Shown: piece by piece, positions 9,272 through 16,932 of the stretch
How the letters are laid out: each line of letters begins with the position of its first letter
How positions within the stretch are numbered: the first letter of the stretch is position 1
Assembly: GCF_000392435.1 (NCBI RefSeq)
Contig: NC_021219.1
Coordinates: 630,001-662,000, forward strand
Length of the DNA: 32,000 bases
Source: Candidatus Saccharimonas aalborgensis
Lineage (GTDB): Bacteria; Patescibacteriota; Saccharimonadia; Saccharimonadales; Saccharimonadaceae
Direction of reading: 5' to 3'
The notes under the pieces: model-generated
What the model saw: only the letters and a program-made list of their open reading frames with translations
Database searches by the model: none
Told to the model about the DNA's origin: nothing
Made by a program: the position numbers and the translations under genes

Positions 9272-10548
9272 TGGAGTATACACTGCCGGTTCTTGACGAT
9301 CAGTTAAAAGTGATCATTGCTGAATACCCGACACCCTTTCATCTCTACGATGAGCGAGGGATTCGTGATCGTGCGCGACTGTTGCAACGAACGATGAATG
9401 AGGCGGGGGTACCGAGGTTCCAAAATTATTTTGCGGTCAAGGCACTGCCAAATCCTGAGATCCTTAAGCTACTCGTTCAGGAGGGAATGGGAGCGGATTG
9501 CAGCAGTCTCGCGGAACTGGCGATCGCCGAAATGTGCGGGCTGTCGGGTGAACAAATCATGTTTTCAAGCAATGATACAGCGCTCGATGAATTTCGGTAT
9601 GCCTCGAGCCTTGGAGCGATTATAAATTTTGACGATCTATCGATGGTGCAGCCCTACATTAATTCATTTGGTGCGCCAGAGGTCGGTTGTTGTCGCTTCA
9701 ATCCCGGTGATATCGAATTTGGGGGTGTGAACGTCGATATTATTGGCAATCCGCGAGAAGCAAAGTATGGTATGCCACTTGATGATATGATTGCTGCGTA
9801 CAAGCAGCTCAAAGAAGCGGGAGTGACTCGATTTGGTATTCACACCATGCTACTGAGTAATGAGCTCGATTGGCGTAATCATGAAGAAATTGCCGACGCA
9901 CTCTTTGGAGCGGCAACCGCTATAGCACACGAAGTTGGTATCAATTTTGAGTTTATCAACCTTGGCGGCGGAATTGGCGTACCGTACCGACCTACCGAGC
10001 ATGAGTTTGATCTCCGCGGGTTTGCTATTGCCCTCAAAAAACTCTATGATGCACATGATCTGGAGCGCATTGGTAGTCCGCGTATTGTTATGGAGAATGG
10101 TCGTTACATTACGGCCGATAGCGGTTATCTCGTTACGACAGTTGCCAATATCAAACGGACACATAAAGTATATGTCGGGCTGGACGCAAGTATGAGTGAT
10201 CTCATGCGGCCCGCACTCTATGGAGCCTACCATCATATGAGCGTGCTCGGTAAACAGCATGACACCGATCTTGAGGAAGTTGATGTGACGGGAAGCTTAT
10301 GTGAAAACAACGATAAGTTTGCGATTGATCGGATGTTACCTCATCTCGAAGTCGGGGATGTGCTTGTCATCCACACCACAGGCGCACACGGGCATGCTAT
10401 GGGATTTCAGTACAATGGCAAACTGCGTCACGCAGAGTTATTGTTTGATCCTGGGGGAGGCGTGCGAATGATACGTCGAGCAGAAACGCTCGAAGATTAT
10501 TTTGCAACACTTACTCAGAAAGGAAATTATCATGTACCAACCAACTGA
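9271..10548 (+). CDS. lysA: Diaminopimelate decarboxylase-like PLP-dependent decarboxylase
   Basis: FHLYDERGIRDRARLL, NYFAVKALPNPEILKLL (PLP lysine), INLGGGIGVPYRP, MENGRY, GSLCENNDKFA, MRPALYGAYHH motifs. Confidence 0.85.
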   Translation: MEYTLPVLDDQLKVIIAEYPTPFHLYDERGIRDRARLLQRTMNEAGVPRFQNYFAVKALPNPEILKLLVQEGMGADCSSLAELAIAEMCGLSGEQIMFSSNDTALDEFRYASSLGAIINFDDLSMVQPYINSFGAPEVGCCRFNPGDIEFGGVNVDIIGNPREAKYGMPLDDMIAAYKQLKEAGVTRFGIHTMLLSNELDWRNHEEIADALFGAATAIAHEVGINFEFINLGGGIGVPYRPTEHEFDLRGFAIALKKLYDAHDLERIGSPRIVMENGRYITADSGYLVTTVANIKRTHKVYVGLDASMSDLMRPALYGAYHHMSVLGKQHDTDLEEVDVTGSLCENNDKFAIDRMLPHLEVGDVLVIHTTGAHGHAMGFQYNGKLRHAELLFDPGGGVRMIRRAETLEDYFATLTQKGNYHVPTN

Positions 10549-11092
10549 TCTCAAAAAAGGCACCGTCTGCCAGATTGATGGCAAGCCATATCGAGTCGTC
10601 GAGTATGCGCAAAAAGTCATGGGCCGCGGCGGCAGTATCGTCAATGTCAAGCTGAAGAACTTGATTGATGGCAGTGTCATCCCAAAAACCTTCAAGGGTC
10701 AAGATAAAATCGAGACAGCCGAAGTGCACAACAAAGCTGTCCAGTATCTCTATAATGACGGCGAAACCTTCTTCTTTATGGATCCGGAGAGCTTCGAGCA
10801 ATTCGAGTTATCGAGTGACGTTGTCGATGAAGCGAAGAGTTATCTCAAAGAAGGTGATGAACTCAGTCTCCAGTTTTTTGGTGATCGCGTGATCACTGTT
10901 GAGTTGCCAAAAAACCTCTATCTCGAAGTGACGTATACAGAAGACGTGGTGAAGGGCGACACTACCTCGAGTGTTCTCAAGGATGCAACGGTGGAAACGG
11001 GGCTTGTCGTCAAAGTGCCGTCATTTATCAAAGTAGGCGATATTATTTCGGTAGATACAGCAACTGGCGAGTATCGTGAACGCAAGAAGTAG
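10532..11092 (+). CDS. efp: Elongation factor P
   Basis: MYQPTDLKKGTVCQIDGKPYRVVEYAQKVMGRGGSIVNVKLKNLIDGSVIPKTFKG...GEFLVV-type C-terminal motif GLVVKVPSFIKVGDIISVDTATGEYRERK; ATG 10532 overlaps the 3' end of lysA. Confidence 0.93.
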   Translation: MYQPTDLKKGTVCQIDGKPYRVVEYAQKVMGRGGSIVNVKLKNLIDGSVIPKTFKGQDKIETAEVHNKAVQYLYNDGETFFFMDPESFEQFELSSDVVDEAKSYLKEGDELSLQFFGDRVITVELPKNLYLEVTYTEDVVKGDTTSSVLKDATVETGLVVKVPSFIKVGDIISVDTATGEYRERKK

Positions 11093-11095
11093 GAT

Positions 11096-11824
11096 GTGAA
11101 GCAGCGCCTTGATCAATTAATGACAGTCCGTGGACTTGTACCAACGCGCTCTCAAGCAGAGAGCTGGATTCGTCTCGGGCGGGTAAAGGTGAACGGTGCC
11201 GTCGTTACGAAGCCGGGGTCATTTGTTGATGAGGCTGCTTTTGTCTCGCTGGATGCTCCCGAACAGTATGTCAGTCGTGCTGGGTTGAAACTAGCCAGTG
11301 TGGCAAATGCGCTTGGCATTCGGTTTGCCGACAAAGTAGTGCTCGATGTGGGGAGTAGCACCGGTGGATTTACGGATTACGCGCTGCAACACGGAGCGCG
11401 GAAAGTCTATGCGGTCGATGTCGGCACCGATCAGTTGCACCCAAGTTTGCGGGGCAATCCACACATCGAACTACACGAAAAAACTGATATACGGAATTTT
11501 CAGCCCAAAGAGTGTCCTGATATCGTCGTCATGGATGTATCATTTATCAGTGTGCGAGAACTGTTGCCCTACATTGTGACGATTATCGGTGCACATACCC
11601 AGGTAGTAGTTATGGTGAAACCGCAGTTTGAGGCAGCACGAACCCAAATCGGCAGTAGTGGTGTGATCAAAAATGATAAGGTGCGACGGGAGATTTTGCT
11701 CGGCTTTGAGTCATGGATACGGTCATATTTTGTCGTACGAAAAAAGTCCGATAGTGAGGTGAGGGGGAGTCGTGGTAATAGGGAACGATTTTATTTACTA
11801 GCGCGCACAAAAACTTTACAATAA
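11096..11824 (+). CDS. tlyA: TlyA-family rRNA methyltransferase / hemolysin-like, S4 domain plus FtsJ-like fold
   Basis: KQRLDQLMTVRGLVPTRSQAESWIRLGRVKVNG (S4), YVSRAGLKL, VVLDVGSSTGGFTDYALQHGARKVYAVDVG, VVMDVSFIS, VVMVKPQFE. Confidence 0.9.
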   Translation: MKQRLDQLMTVRGLVPTRSQAESWIRLGRVKVNGAVVTKPGSFVDEAAFVSLDAPEQYVSRAGLKLASVANALGIRFADKVVLDVGSSTGGFTDYALQHGARKVYAVDVGTDQLHPSLRGNPHIELHEKTDIRNFQPKECPDIVVMDVSFISVRELLPYIVTIIGAHTQVVVMVKPQFEAARTQIGSSGVIKNDKVRREILLGFESWIRSYFVVRKKSDSEVRGSRGNRERFYLLARTKTLQ

Positions 11825-11843
11825 TACTAGATTATGATATTAT
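11815..11843 (+). promoter_or_regulatory. Promoter-like sequence for the GC-rich surface protein gene, overlapping the tlyA 3' end
   Basis: TTTACA (11815-11820), 17-nt spacer, TATTAT (11838-11843), extended -10 TGA. Confidence 0.55.
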
Positions 11844-11874
11844 TCGTAAGACAATACTCTCGAGGTGGAAATCG

Positions 11875-11910
11875 ATGAGTAGCGTTGTAGTACCACCGAT
11901 CGGGTTGTAG
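11875..11910 (+). promoter_or_regulatory. Possible 11-codon leader ORF (MSSVVVPPIGL) in the 5' UTR
   Basis: GAGGTGG SD-like sequence at 11862-11868 followed by ATG AGT AGC GTT GTA GTA CCA CCG ATC GGG TTG TAG. Confidence 0.35.
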
Positions 11911-11916
11911 CAATCA

Positions 11917-11939
11917 AATGCTCCCCGCCGGGGCGCATT
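11917..11939 (+). promoter_or_regulatory. Short GC-rich hairpin in the 5' UTR of the surface protein gene
   Basis: AATGCTCCCC-GCC-GGGGCGCATT: 9 of 10 positions pair. It starts 6 nt after the leader ORF stop and has no U-tract. Confidence 0.5.
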
Positions 11940-11987
11940 AACAATCCGATCATCTCATAAAGAACAACAGAAGGAAGTGATGATTAG

Positions 11988-13544
11988 GTGACTCTCGCCA
12001 CATCATGGCGGCGTCGGCTCGGTGCCCTTGTGGCATCTGTGCCGCTTGTCGCCGCGCTCGGTATGTCCTTCGGGGCTGCCGAGGCGCAGGCACACACCGG
12101 TGATCTCACCGGTGTGGCGGTCTGCCAGGCGGACGGGAGCTACAAGGCTCCCGTCAAACTGACGACCGCCAACGTTCCCGCTGGCAACAGCGGGTCGACC
12201 ATGTGGAAGCTGGGTACCCCCAGCTTCCAGGGCACGCCGACCAGCGCCGCTGGTATGGACCGCGGTCCCGTGGCGTCCGTGGGCAACACCACGGTCACCT
12301 TGGGGACGCTGACGTTCCCAGGCACCACCACGGGTTCACCGTGGGTGTATGCCTACACGAGCTGGACTCCGGACGGCTTCGCGCGCGGTTCGGATAACCA
12401 GATCACCGGCATGGACGGAACCTGCATCCCCGACAACCCCGGTCCCCGCACCGTCATCGGTACGGTCCAGAAGGGGACGGCCAGCTGCACGACCCACGAG
12501 GTCGAGCAGTTCCGGGTGGACACGGTCATCCCGCAGGTCTGGAGTGCCACCGCCAAGGCCTACATCGACGACCCCGACAAGAGCCACTGGACCACGGTCC
12601 GGGTCGACTTGCCGTCGCGTCCGATGACGGCCGACGAGGTCAAGGCCTGTCCGGTTCCCGACGTCAAGCAATGCGTCACCACCGTCGGTTTCCCGACCGA
12701 CGCGGTGGTGTACGCCGACGTTCACACCGCGGCTGACAGCCCGGTGGACAACGTCATCACGTCGGGCCCGTTCACCGTCAACACGCAGATCTCGGTCAGC
12801 GTGCCGACCACGAACTACAAGTTCACCGTCATCCGGATCGTCGCCAAGGACGGCACGGTGCTCAAGACCCAGCAGGTCACCAGCACCACCGCCTGCAACA
12901 CGGTGATCCCCGACAACCCCGGTCCCCGCACCGTCATCGGTACGGTCCAGAAGGGGACGGCCAGCTGCACGACCCACGAGGTCGAGCAGTTCCGGGTGGA
13001 CACGGTCATCCCGCAGGTCTGGAGTGCCACCGCCAAGGCCTACATCGACGACCCCGACAAGAGCCACTGGACCACGGTCCGGGTCGACTTGCCGTCGCGT
13101 CCGATGACGGCCGACGAGGTCAAGGCGTGTCCGGTGGACGTTCCCCCGAACCCGGGTCCCAAGACGGTCGTCGGGAACTGGCAGAAGATCGAGGGCTCCG
13201 GTGACTGCGTCACCACCTACTCGGTCTGGGAGCAGCAGGGCACCTGGTCGGTTCCGCAGATCTGGTCGAACGGCGCGTACGTCAACGACCCGAACACCGC
13301 CCACTGGACCTTGGTGAAGGTCGACAAGCGTTCGCGCCCGATGACGGTTGCGGAGCTCAAGGCCTGTCCCACCAGCTCCGACAGCGACCGTGGCATCGAC
13401 GCCACGCCGGGCCTCGAGGGAGCTGCCCACAACTGGGTGGCGATCCTGACTCCATCTGGCATCGTTCTCCTGGTCGGTCTGCTGGCCATCTGGACGACGC
13501 TGGTGCTCCGGCGTCGGCGCCAACCCATGGAGGAGGAGATCTAG
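11988..13544 (+). CDS. GC-rich modular secreted surface protein with C-terminal TM anchor
   Basis: GTG start with AAGGAAG upstream and an in-frame TAG immediately before it; signal peptide MTLATSWRRRLGALVASVPLVAALGMSFGAAEAQA; three GP(R/K)TV(I/V)G...ACP modules; C-terminal WVAILTPSGIVLLVGLLAIWTTLVLRRRRQPMEEEI. Confidence 0.85.
   Translation: MTLATSWRRRLGALVASVPLVAALGMSFGAAEAQAHTGDLTGVAVCQADGSYKAPVKLTTANVPAGNSGSTMWKLGTPSFQGTPTSAAGMDRGPVASVGNTTVTLGTLTFPGTTTGSPWVYAYTSWTPDGFARGSDNQITGMDGTCIPDNPGPRTVIGTVQKGTASCTTHEVEQFRVDTVIPQVWSATAKAYIDDPDKSHWTTVRVDLPSRPMTADEVKACPVPDVKQCVTTVGFPTDAVVYADVHTAADSPVDNVITSGPFTVNTQISVSVPTTNYKFTVIRIVAKDGTVLKTQQVTSTTACNTVIPDNPGPRTVIGTVQKGTASCTTHEVEQFRVDTVIPQVWSATAKAYIDDPDKSHWTTVRVDLPSRPMTADEVKACPVDVPPNPGPKTVVGNWQKIEGSGDCVTTYSVWEQQGTWSVPQIWSNGAYVNDPNTAHWTLVKVDKRSRPMTVAELKACPTSSDSDRGIDATPGLEGAAHNWVAILTPSGIVLLVGLLAIWTTLVLRRRRQPMEEEI
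12426..12646 (+). repeat. Direct repeat copy 1 (221 bp, identical to 12906..13126)
   Basis: Line-by-line comparison at an offset of 480 bp is identical from ATCCCCGACAACCCCGG through ...GACGAGGTCAAGGC; extends to 12655 with one mismatch. Confidence 0.97.
12906..13126 (+). repeat. Direct repeat copy 2 (221 bp)
   Basis: Identical to 12426..12646. A divergent third module lies at 13155..13370 (GPKTVVGNWQKIEGSGDC...HWTLVKVDKRSRPMTVAELKACP). Confidence 0.97.
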
Positions 13545-13577
13545 CCTTCTCCACACCGTGAGATGAACGGTATACCC

Positions 13578-13633
13578 AGGGGGTCTCTCTGGAGTGATGC
13601 ACGTTGTTCGTGTGTCCTCCAGGGAGGCCCCCT
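13578..13633 (+). terminator. Strong hairpin terminator after the GC-rich surface protein gene
   Basis: AGGGGGTCTCTCTGGAG (13578-13594) pairs along 17 bp with CTCCAGGGAGGCCCCCT (13617-13633), using two G-U pairs; inner GCACG/CGTGT may extend it; followed by TCTCAC rather than a long T-run. Confidence 0.75.
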
Positions 13634-13651
13634 TCTCACTATCTGAAATTA

Positions 13652-13680
13652 TTTACATTCATAGAATAATATGGTATTAT
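13652..13680 (+). promoter_or_regulatory. Promoter-like sequence for the sortase gene
   Basis: TTTACA (13652-13657), 17-nt spacer, TATTAT (13675-13680), extended -10 TGG; same hexamers and spacing as 11815-11843. Confidence 0.6.
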
Positions 13681-13768
13681 ATATTTCAAGTTCTATTCAT
13701 AGGGCTGGTCTATTGGCACTGCCGGTACGATGACAACTCGACGTATGAAAGGAGGTGTGGATTCGTCC

Positions 13769-14476
13769 ATGCCACGCTACACAAAGCGCTACTGGGTATT
13801 GGCAATAATACTGTCGCTTCTGGTTTCGCTAGGAGTGGGGGTTTACTCCTACCTCCGGCAATCTGACGACGTGCCGCCACCGGTACGCGTCTCAGTACCC
13901 ACCGCCTCGGTCAAGACGACACTTCGGTCAGAAGCTACGCTGCCTGTTGTCGCCCGATCAGTGCCGAAGCGGGTGATGATTCCGGCAATCGGCGTCGATG
14001 TCGAGATCGACGAAGCTGTGCCGTGCCCGCTCAATGACGCCGGTATGGTCGAACCGGATTTTCGGTTCCCGATGAAGGCCTGCTACTACACGGCCCTCAA
14101 CAAGCCGTACCAGCTACCCGGTACCACTACTACCGACTTGTCGGTCATCGTGGGTCACACCTGGCGCAAGGGAGACGCTGCCTTCAACCCCATGTATGAC
14201 TGGCAGGCTGCAAACCCGCATGTCATGGTCGAGCTTGGTGATGAGCTGCTGCTCAAAACCCAGGCATCGGGTGAGCATGTCTTGGTCTACCAGGCGGTGC
14301 AGATCGACGAGGTCGACAAGTACGGTCCGGACCATCTGGGCCAGTCGACCAAGGTATGGGGGACGAAGCCAATTCCGAATTGGCTGGTGACGCTTGCTTG
14401 CTTGCAGCCGTCAAACAGCCTCGAACACTCCACCAAGGTCATTGCCATCGGCTGGAAGCTTGTCGGTGCGCGCTAG
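13769..14476 (+). CDS. Sortase, class E/F-like
   Basis: N-terminal TM anchor; RVMIPAIGVDVEIDEAV; DLSVIVGHTW (catalytic His); NWLVTLACLQPS (catalytic Cys). Start chosen at ATG 13769 downstream of AAAGGAGGT; the track start is 13730. Confidence 0.82.
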   Translation: MPRYTKRYWVLAIILSLLVSLGVGVYSYLRQSDDVPPPVRVSVPTASVKTTLRSEATLPVVARSVPKRVMIPAIGVDVEIDEAVPCPLNDAGMVEPDFRFPMKACYYTALNKPYQLPGTTTTDLSVIVGHTWRKGDAAFNPMYDWQAANPHVMVELGDELLLKTQASGEHVLVYQAVQIDEVDKYGPDHLGQSTKVWGTKPIPNWLVTLACLQPSNSLEHSTKVIAIGWKLVGAR

Positions 14477-14501
14477 CCGTCCATCACTACGTCGAGGATC
14501 C

Positions 14502-14545
14502 CCCTGAAACTGACGCATACCAGCGGCAGGAGTAGGGGGTTTTCT
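14502..14545. terminator. Possible weak terminator between convergent sortase and ychF genes
   Basis: CCCCCT ... AGGGGG (6 bp) with TTTTCT after the second arm. Confidence 0.3.
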
Positions 14546-14551
14546 CATATC

Positions 14552-15634
14552 TCATTTAGTGACATTAAACCGAAATTCAACAATATCGTTTGGTTGCATG
14601 ACGTAGTCGCGGCCCTCAGTACGAACTTTTCCGGCTGCTTTGGCAGCTACTTCGCTGCCTGCCGCGATGAGATCATAATAATCAACTACTTGTGCTGCGA
14701 TGAAGCCGCGCTCAAAGTCGCTATGGATCACACCCGCTGCCTGCGGCGCTGTCCAGCCTTGATGGATAGTCCAGGCCCGTACTTCTTTTTGGCCTGCGGT
14801 CAGATAACTCTGAAGTCCGAGTACATCGTAGGCAGCATGAATCATCTGCACGAGTCCCATCTCAGGTACATCATAACTCGCGAGGAGTTCAGCCGCATCG
14901 CTGGGACTGAGGCCTTTGAGTTCGTCCTCCAGTTTTGCACAAATAAGCAGCGCAGGGCTATCTCCGGCCAGATGGCGAAGACCATTTTTCGCATCGTCAT
15001 TAACGAGCATTTCCTCATTAACATTAAATACATAGATAACGGGTTTTGCGGTGAGGAGATGAAGGTCGTTAATGTATTCATGAATAATGTTTTTACTCAC
15101 TGAGAGCGGGATACCAGCCTCAAAATTACGCTTGATACCTTCGAGATAGTCCAAGGCGTCACGCACCTTTGGGTCAGCCTTTGCTTCTTTCTGAAGACGA
15201 CCTATACGCGTCTCGATGGTTTGCAGATCTGCGAGAATAAGCTCGGTGTTGATTGTTTCAATATCACGGCTTGGGTGCACTCCATTGTCGACATGGATGA
15301 TGTCGTTGTTTTCAAATGCCCTGACAATATGGATAATGGCATCACACTGGCGGATATTCGCCAAAAATTTATTGCCCAACCCTTCGCCCCTACTGGCTCC
15401 GGCAACCAGCCCGGCGATATCAACAAAGGTAACGCTCGCCGGAATAATCTTTTCTGAATTATACATTTTTGCCAATACGTCTAGGCGATCGTCTGGCACA
15501 GGTACTGCGCCTGTATTTGGCTCGATAGTGGCAAACGGATAATTGGCGGCCAAAATGTCGTTGTTGGTAAGTGCGTTGAAAAGTGTCGACTTGCCGACAT
15601 TGGGAAGGCCGACGATTCCGATAGATAAAGACAT
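14552..15634 (-). CDS. ychF: Redox-regulated ATPase/GTPase YchF
   Basis: MSLSIGIVGLPNVGKSTLFNALTNN, NYPFATIEPNTGAVPVPDDRL, FVDIAGLVAGASRGEGLGNKFLANIR, TGS-like C terminus GRDYVMQPNDIVEFRFNV. Confidence 0.96.
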   Translation of the reverse strand: MSLSIGIVGLPNVGKSTLFNALTNNDILAANYPFATIEPNTGAVPVPDDRLDVLAKMYNSEKIIPASVTFVDIAGLVAGASRGEGLGNKFLANIRQCDAIIHIVRAFENNDIIHVDNGVHPSRDIETINTELILADLQTIETRIGRLQKEAKADPKVRDALDYLEGIKRNFEAGIPLSVSKNIIHEYINDLHLLTAKPVIYVFNVNEEMLVNDDAKNGLRHLAGDSPALLICAKLEDELKGLSPSDAAELLASYDVPEMGLVQMIHAAYDVLGLQSYLTAGQKEVRAWTIHQGWTAPQAAGVIHSDFERGFIAAQVVDYYDLIAAGSEVAAKAAGKVRTEGRDYVMQPNDIVEFRFNVTK

Positions 15635-15698
15635 AAACCGACTATATCACTAACAGGGGTGGTTTGTCGATATCACCAGCTGCATGTAGTATGAGAAC

Positions 15699-16172
15699 AT
15701 GCAATATTCACAGAAGTATAGTCTTGTTGGGTTCCTTGAACATCAACCTAAAGGTTTCGAGTATAATATGTCTGACTGGCCGCTGCATATGACGTTTGCC
15801 GATGTTTTTGCTATAGACCGAAATAGCACAGATATAGACGAAAAGATGGAAAACGTCTTGCGTAGCCAACACGCAGTACTCGTCAAGCCGAAGCATCAAG
15901 CAAAACTAGGTGACACCACTGTAATATTAGTTGAGAAAACAGACGAGCTCGTCGAGCTTCACACCATGGTAGTTGATTTGCTCGAGCAAAATGGTGCCAT
16001 TTTTAATACACCAGCATTTACGAGGGAGGGGTTTCTGCCACATTGTACAATTCAAAAATCGGGTATGCTGCAAAAGGATGTGGTAATTGATGAATTAGCG
16101 CTTGTCGACATGTTCCCGAACAGTGATTGGCGGCAAAGGAAGATACTCGCGACGTTTAAGCTGGGTGGATAG
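15699..16172 (+). CDS. 2H phosphoesterase / 2'-5' RNA ligase superfamily protein
   Basis: Two H-x-T motifs, PLHMTFADVF and PHCTIQKSG, with about 85-residue spacing in a 157-aa protein. Confidence 0.7.
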   Translation: MQYSQKYSLVGFLEHQPKGFEYNMSDWPLHMTFADVFAIDRNSTDIDEKMENVLRSQHAVLVKPKHQAKLGDTTVILVEKTDELVELHTMVVDLLEQNGAIFNTPAFTREGFLPHCTIQKSGMLQKDVVIDELALVDMFPNSDWRQRKILATFKLGG

Positions 16173-16390
16173 ATACTGTGTGCGGGTAGAGAGGGTATCT
16201 CGCTATCTCGGACTTCTGCGAGAGCTAGAGACTAACTCGTTGATGTATTTATCAGAGCAACCGCGCATACCGCGGTCTGTCGGTGGCATGTCTAATTTTA
16301 GCTCGAAAGGCAATAGGGTTAAAATTTTTGTTTGCCTATTGATAAACCCATGATCCTATTTTATCAGACTATCAACTTATTGATGAGTGA

Positions 16391-16418
16391 TTGACCGAGA
16401 CAAACAAGCTGCTATAAT
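16391..16418 (+). promoter_or_regulatory. Promoter upstream of the type IV pilus locus
   Basis: TTGACC (16391-16396), 16-nt spacer, TATAAT (16413-16418), extended -10 TGC. Confidence 0.7.
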
Positions 16419-16445
16419 CATAAGCAATGTAAGAGGGTAGTAGGA

Positions 16446-16925
16446 ATGAAAACGACACAACCTGGGTTTGCAAAAAGTACGGTGGTGCTCCTTACCAGTG
16501 TGATAGCGCTACTTGGGTTGTTCGGACTCTCCGCTGTGATGGGGTATAGTTATATTGGTTTCAAAACTCCTCAGCAAAAACCTAGTTTTGGCGGGACTGT
16601 TTGTACAAAAGCTGATATTGATGGTTATATAGCTTTGCAAAAGAAAGCCCAGGACGTCGTTGCCCAAAAAGCGATGCTATCGACGATCGAAACAAAGAAG
16701 GACTATAAAACTGATGCCACCTGTGTCTTTATGGCCGTACAGACAGCTATTCGTATCAACGACCTTGCAAAAGCCAAGGAATTATATACTACACTCAAAT
16801 CACTCAACGACAATGGTCAATACGTGAACGGCTCTGTGCCCGATCTCGCAGGCAATGAACAAACAGCCAATCTCATTAAACTCTTGGAAAATCCTTCAAC
16901 AAAACGACCAGTGGGTGAGGGTTAA
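16446..16925 (+). CDS. Hypothetical membrane-anchored protein at the head of the pilus locus
   Basis: One N-terminal TM helix (VVLLTSVIALLGLFGLSAVMGYSYI) followed by a helical soluble domain; 7 nt before the next gene. Confidence 0.75.
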   Translation: MKTTQPGFAKSTVVLLTSVIALLGLFGLSAVMGYSYIGFKTPQQKPSFGGTVCTKADIDGYIALQKKAQDVVAQKAMLSTIETKKDYKTDATCVFMAVQTAIRINDLAKAKELYTTLKSLNDNGQYVNGSVPDLAGNEQTANLIKLLENPSTKRPVGEG

Positions 16926-16932
16926 ATAGCTC

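Noticed and set aside
8867-9283. 138-aa minus-strand ORF over rpsR and the small ORF
   Set aside because: Antisense to rpsR; the translation looks like random frame product.
11988-13544. Misassembly or contamination as an explanation of the GC-rich gene
   Set aside because: Not excluded, but less favoured: the promoter-like sequence, leader and downstream sortase promoter are AT-rich and host-like on both sides of the GC-rich CDS. Read mapping over the junctions is still needed.
12336-13556. 406-aa minus-strand ORF opposite the GC-rich surface protein
   Set aside because: Long antisense ORFs are common in GC-rich coding DNA. This one is His/Arg/Asp/Gly-rich low-complexity translation (GTGAGVVGD, DHRVAGG) and repeats simply because the sense strand repeats. 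The plus-strand ORF has a signal peptide, TM anchor, SD, promoter and terminator.
16102-16353. 83-aa plus-strand ORF overlapping the end of the 2H phosphoesterase
   Set aside because: Overlaps a supported CDS out of frame, with no clear SD or family features.
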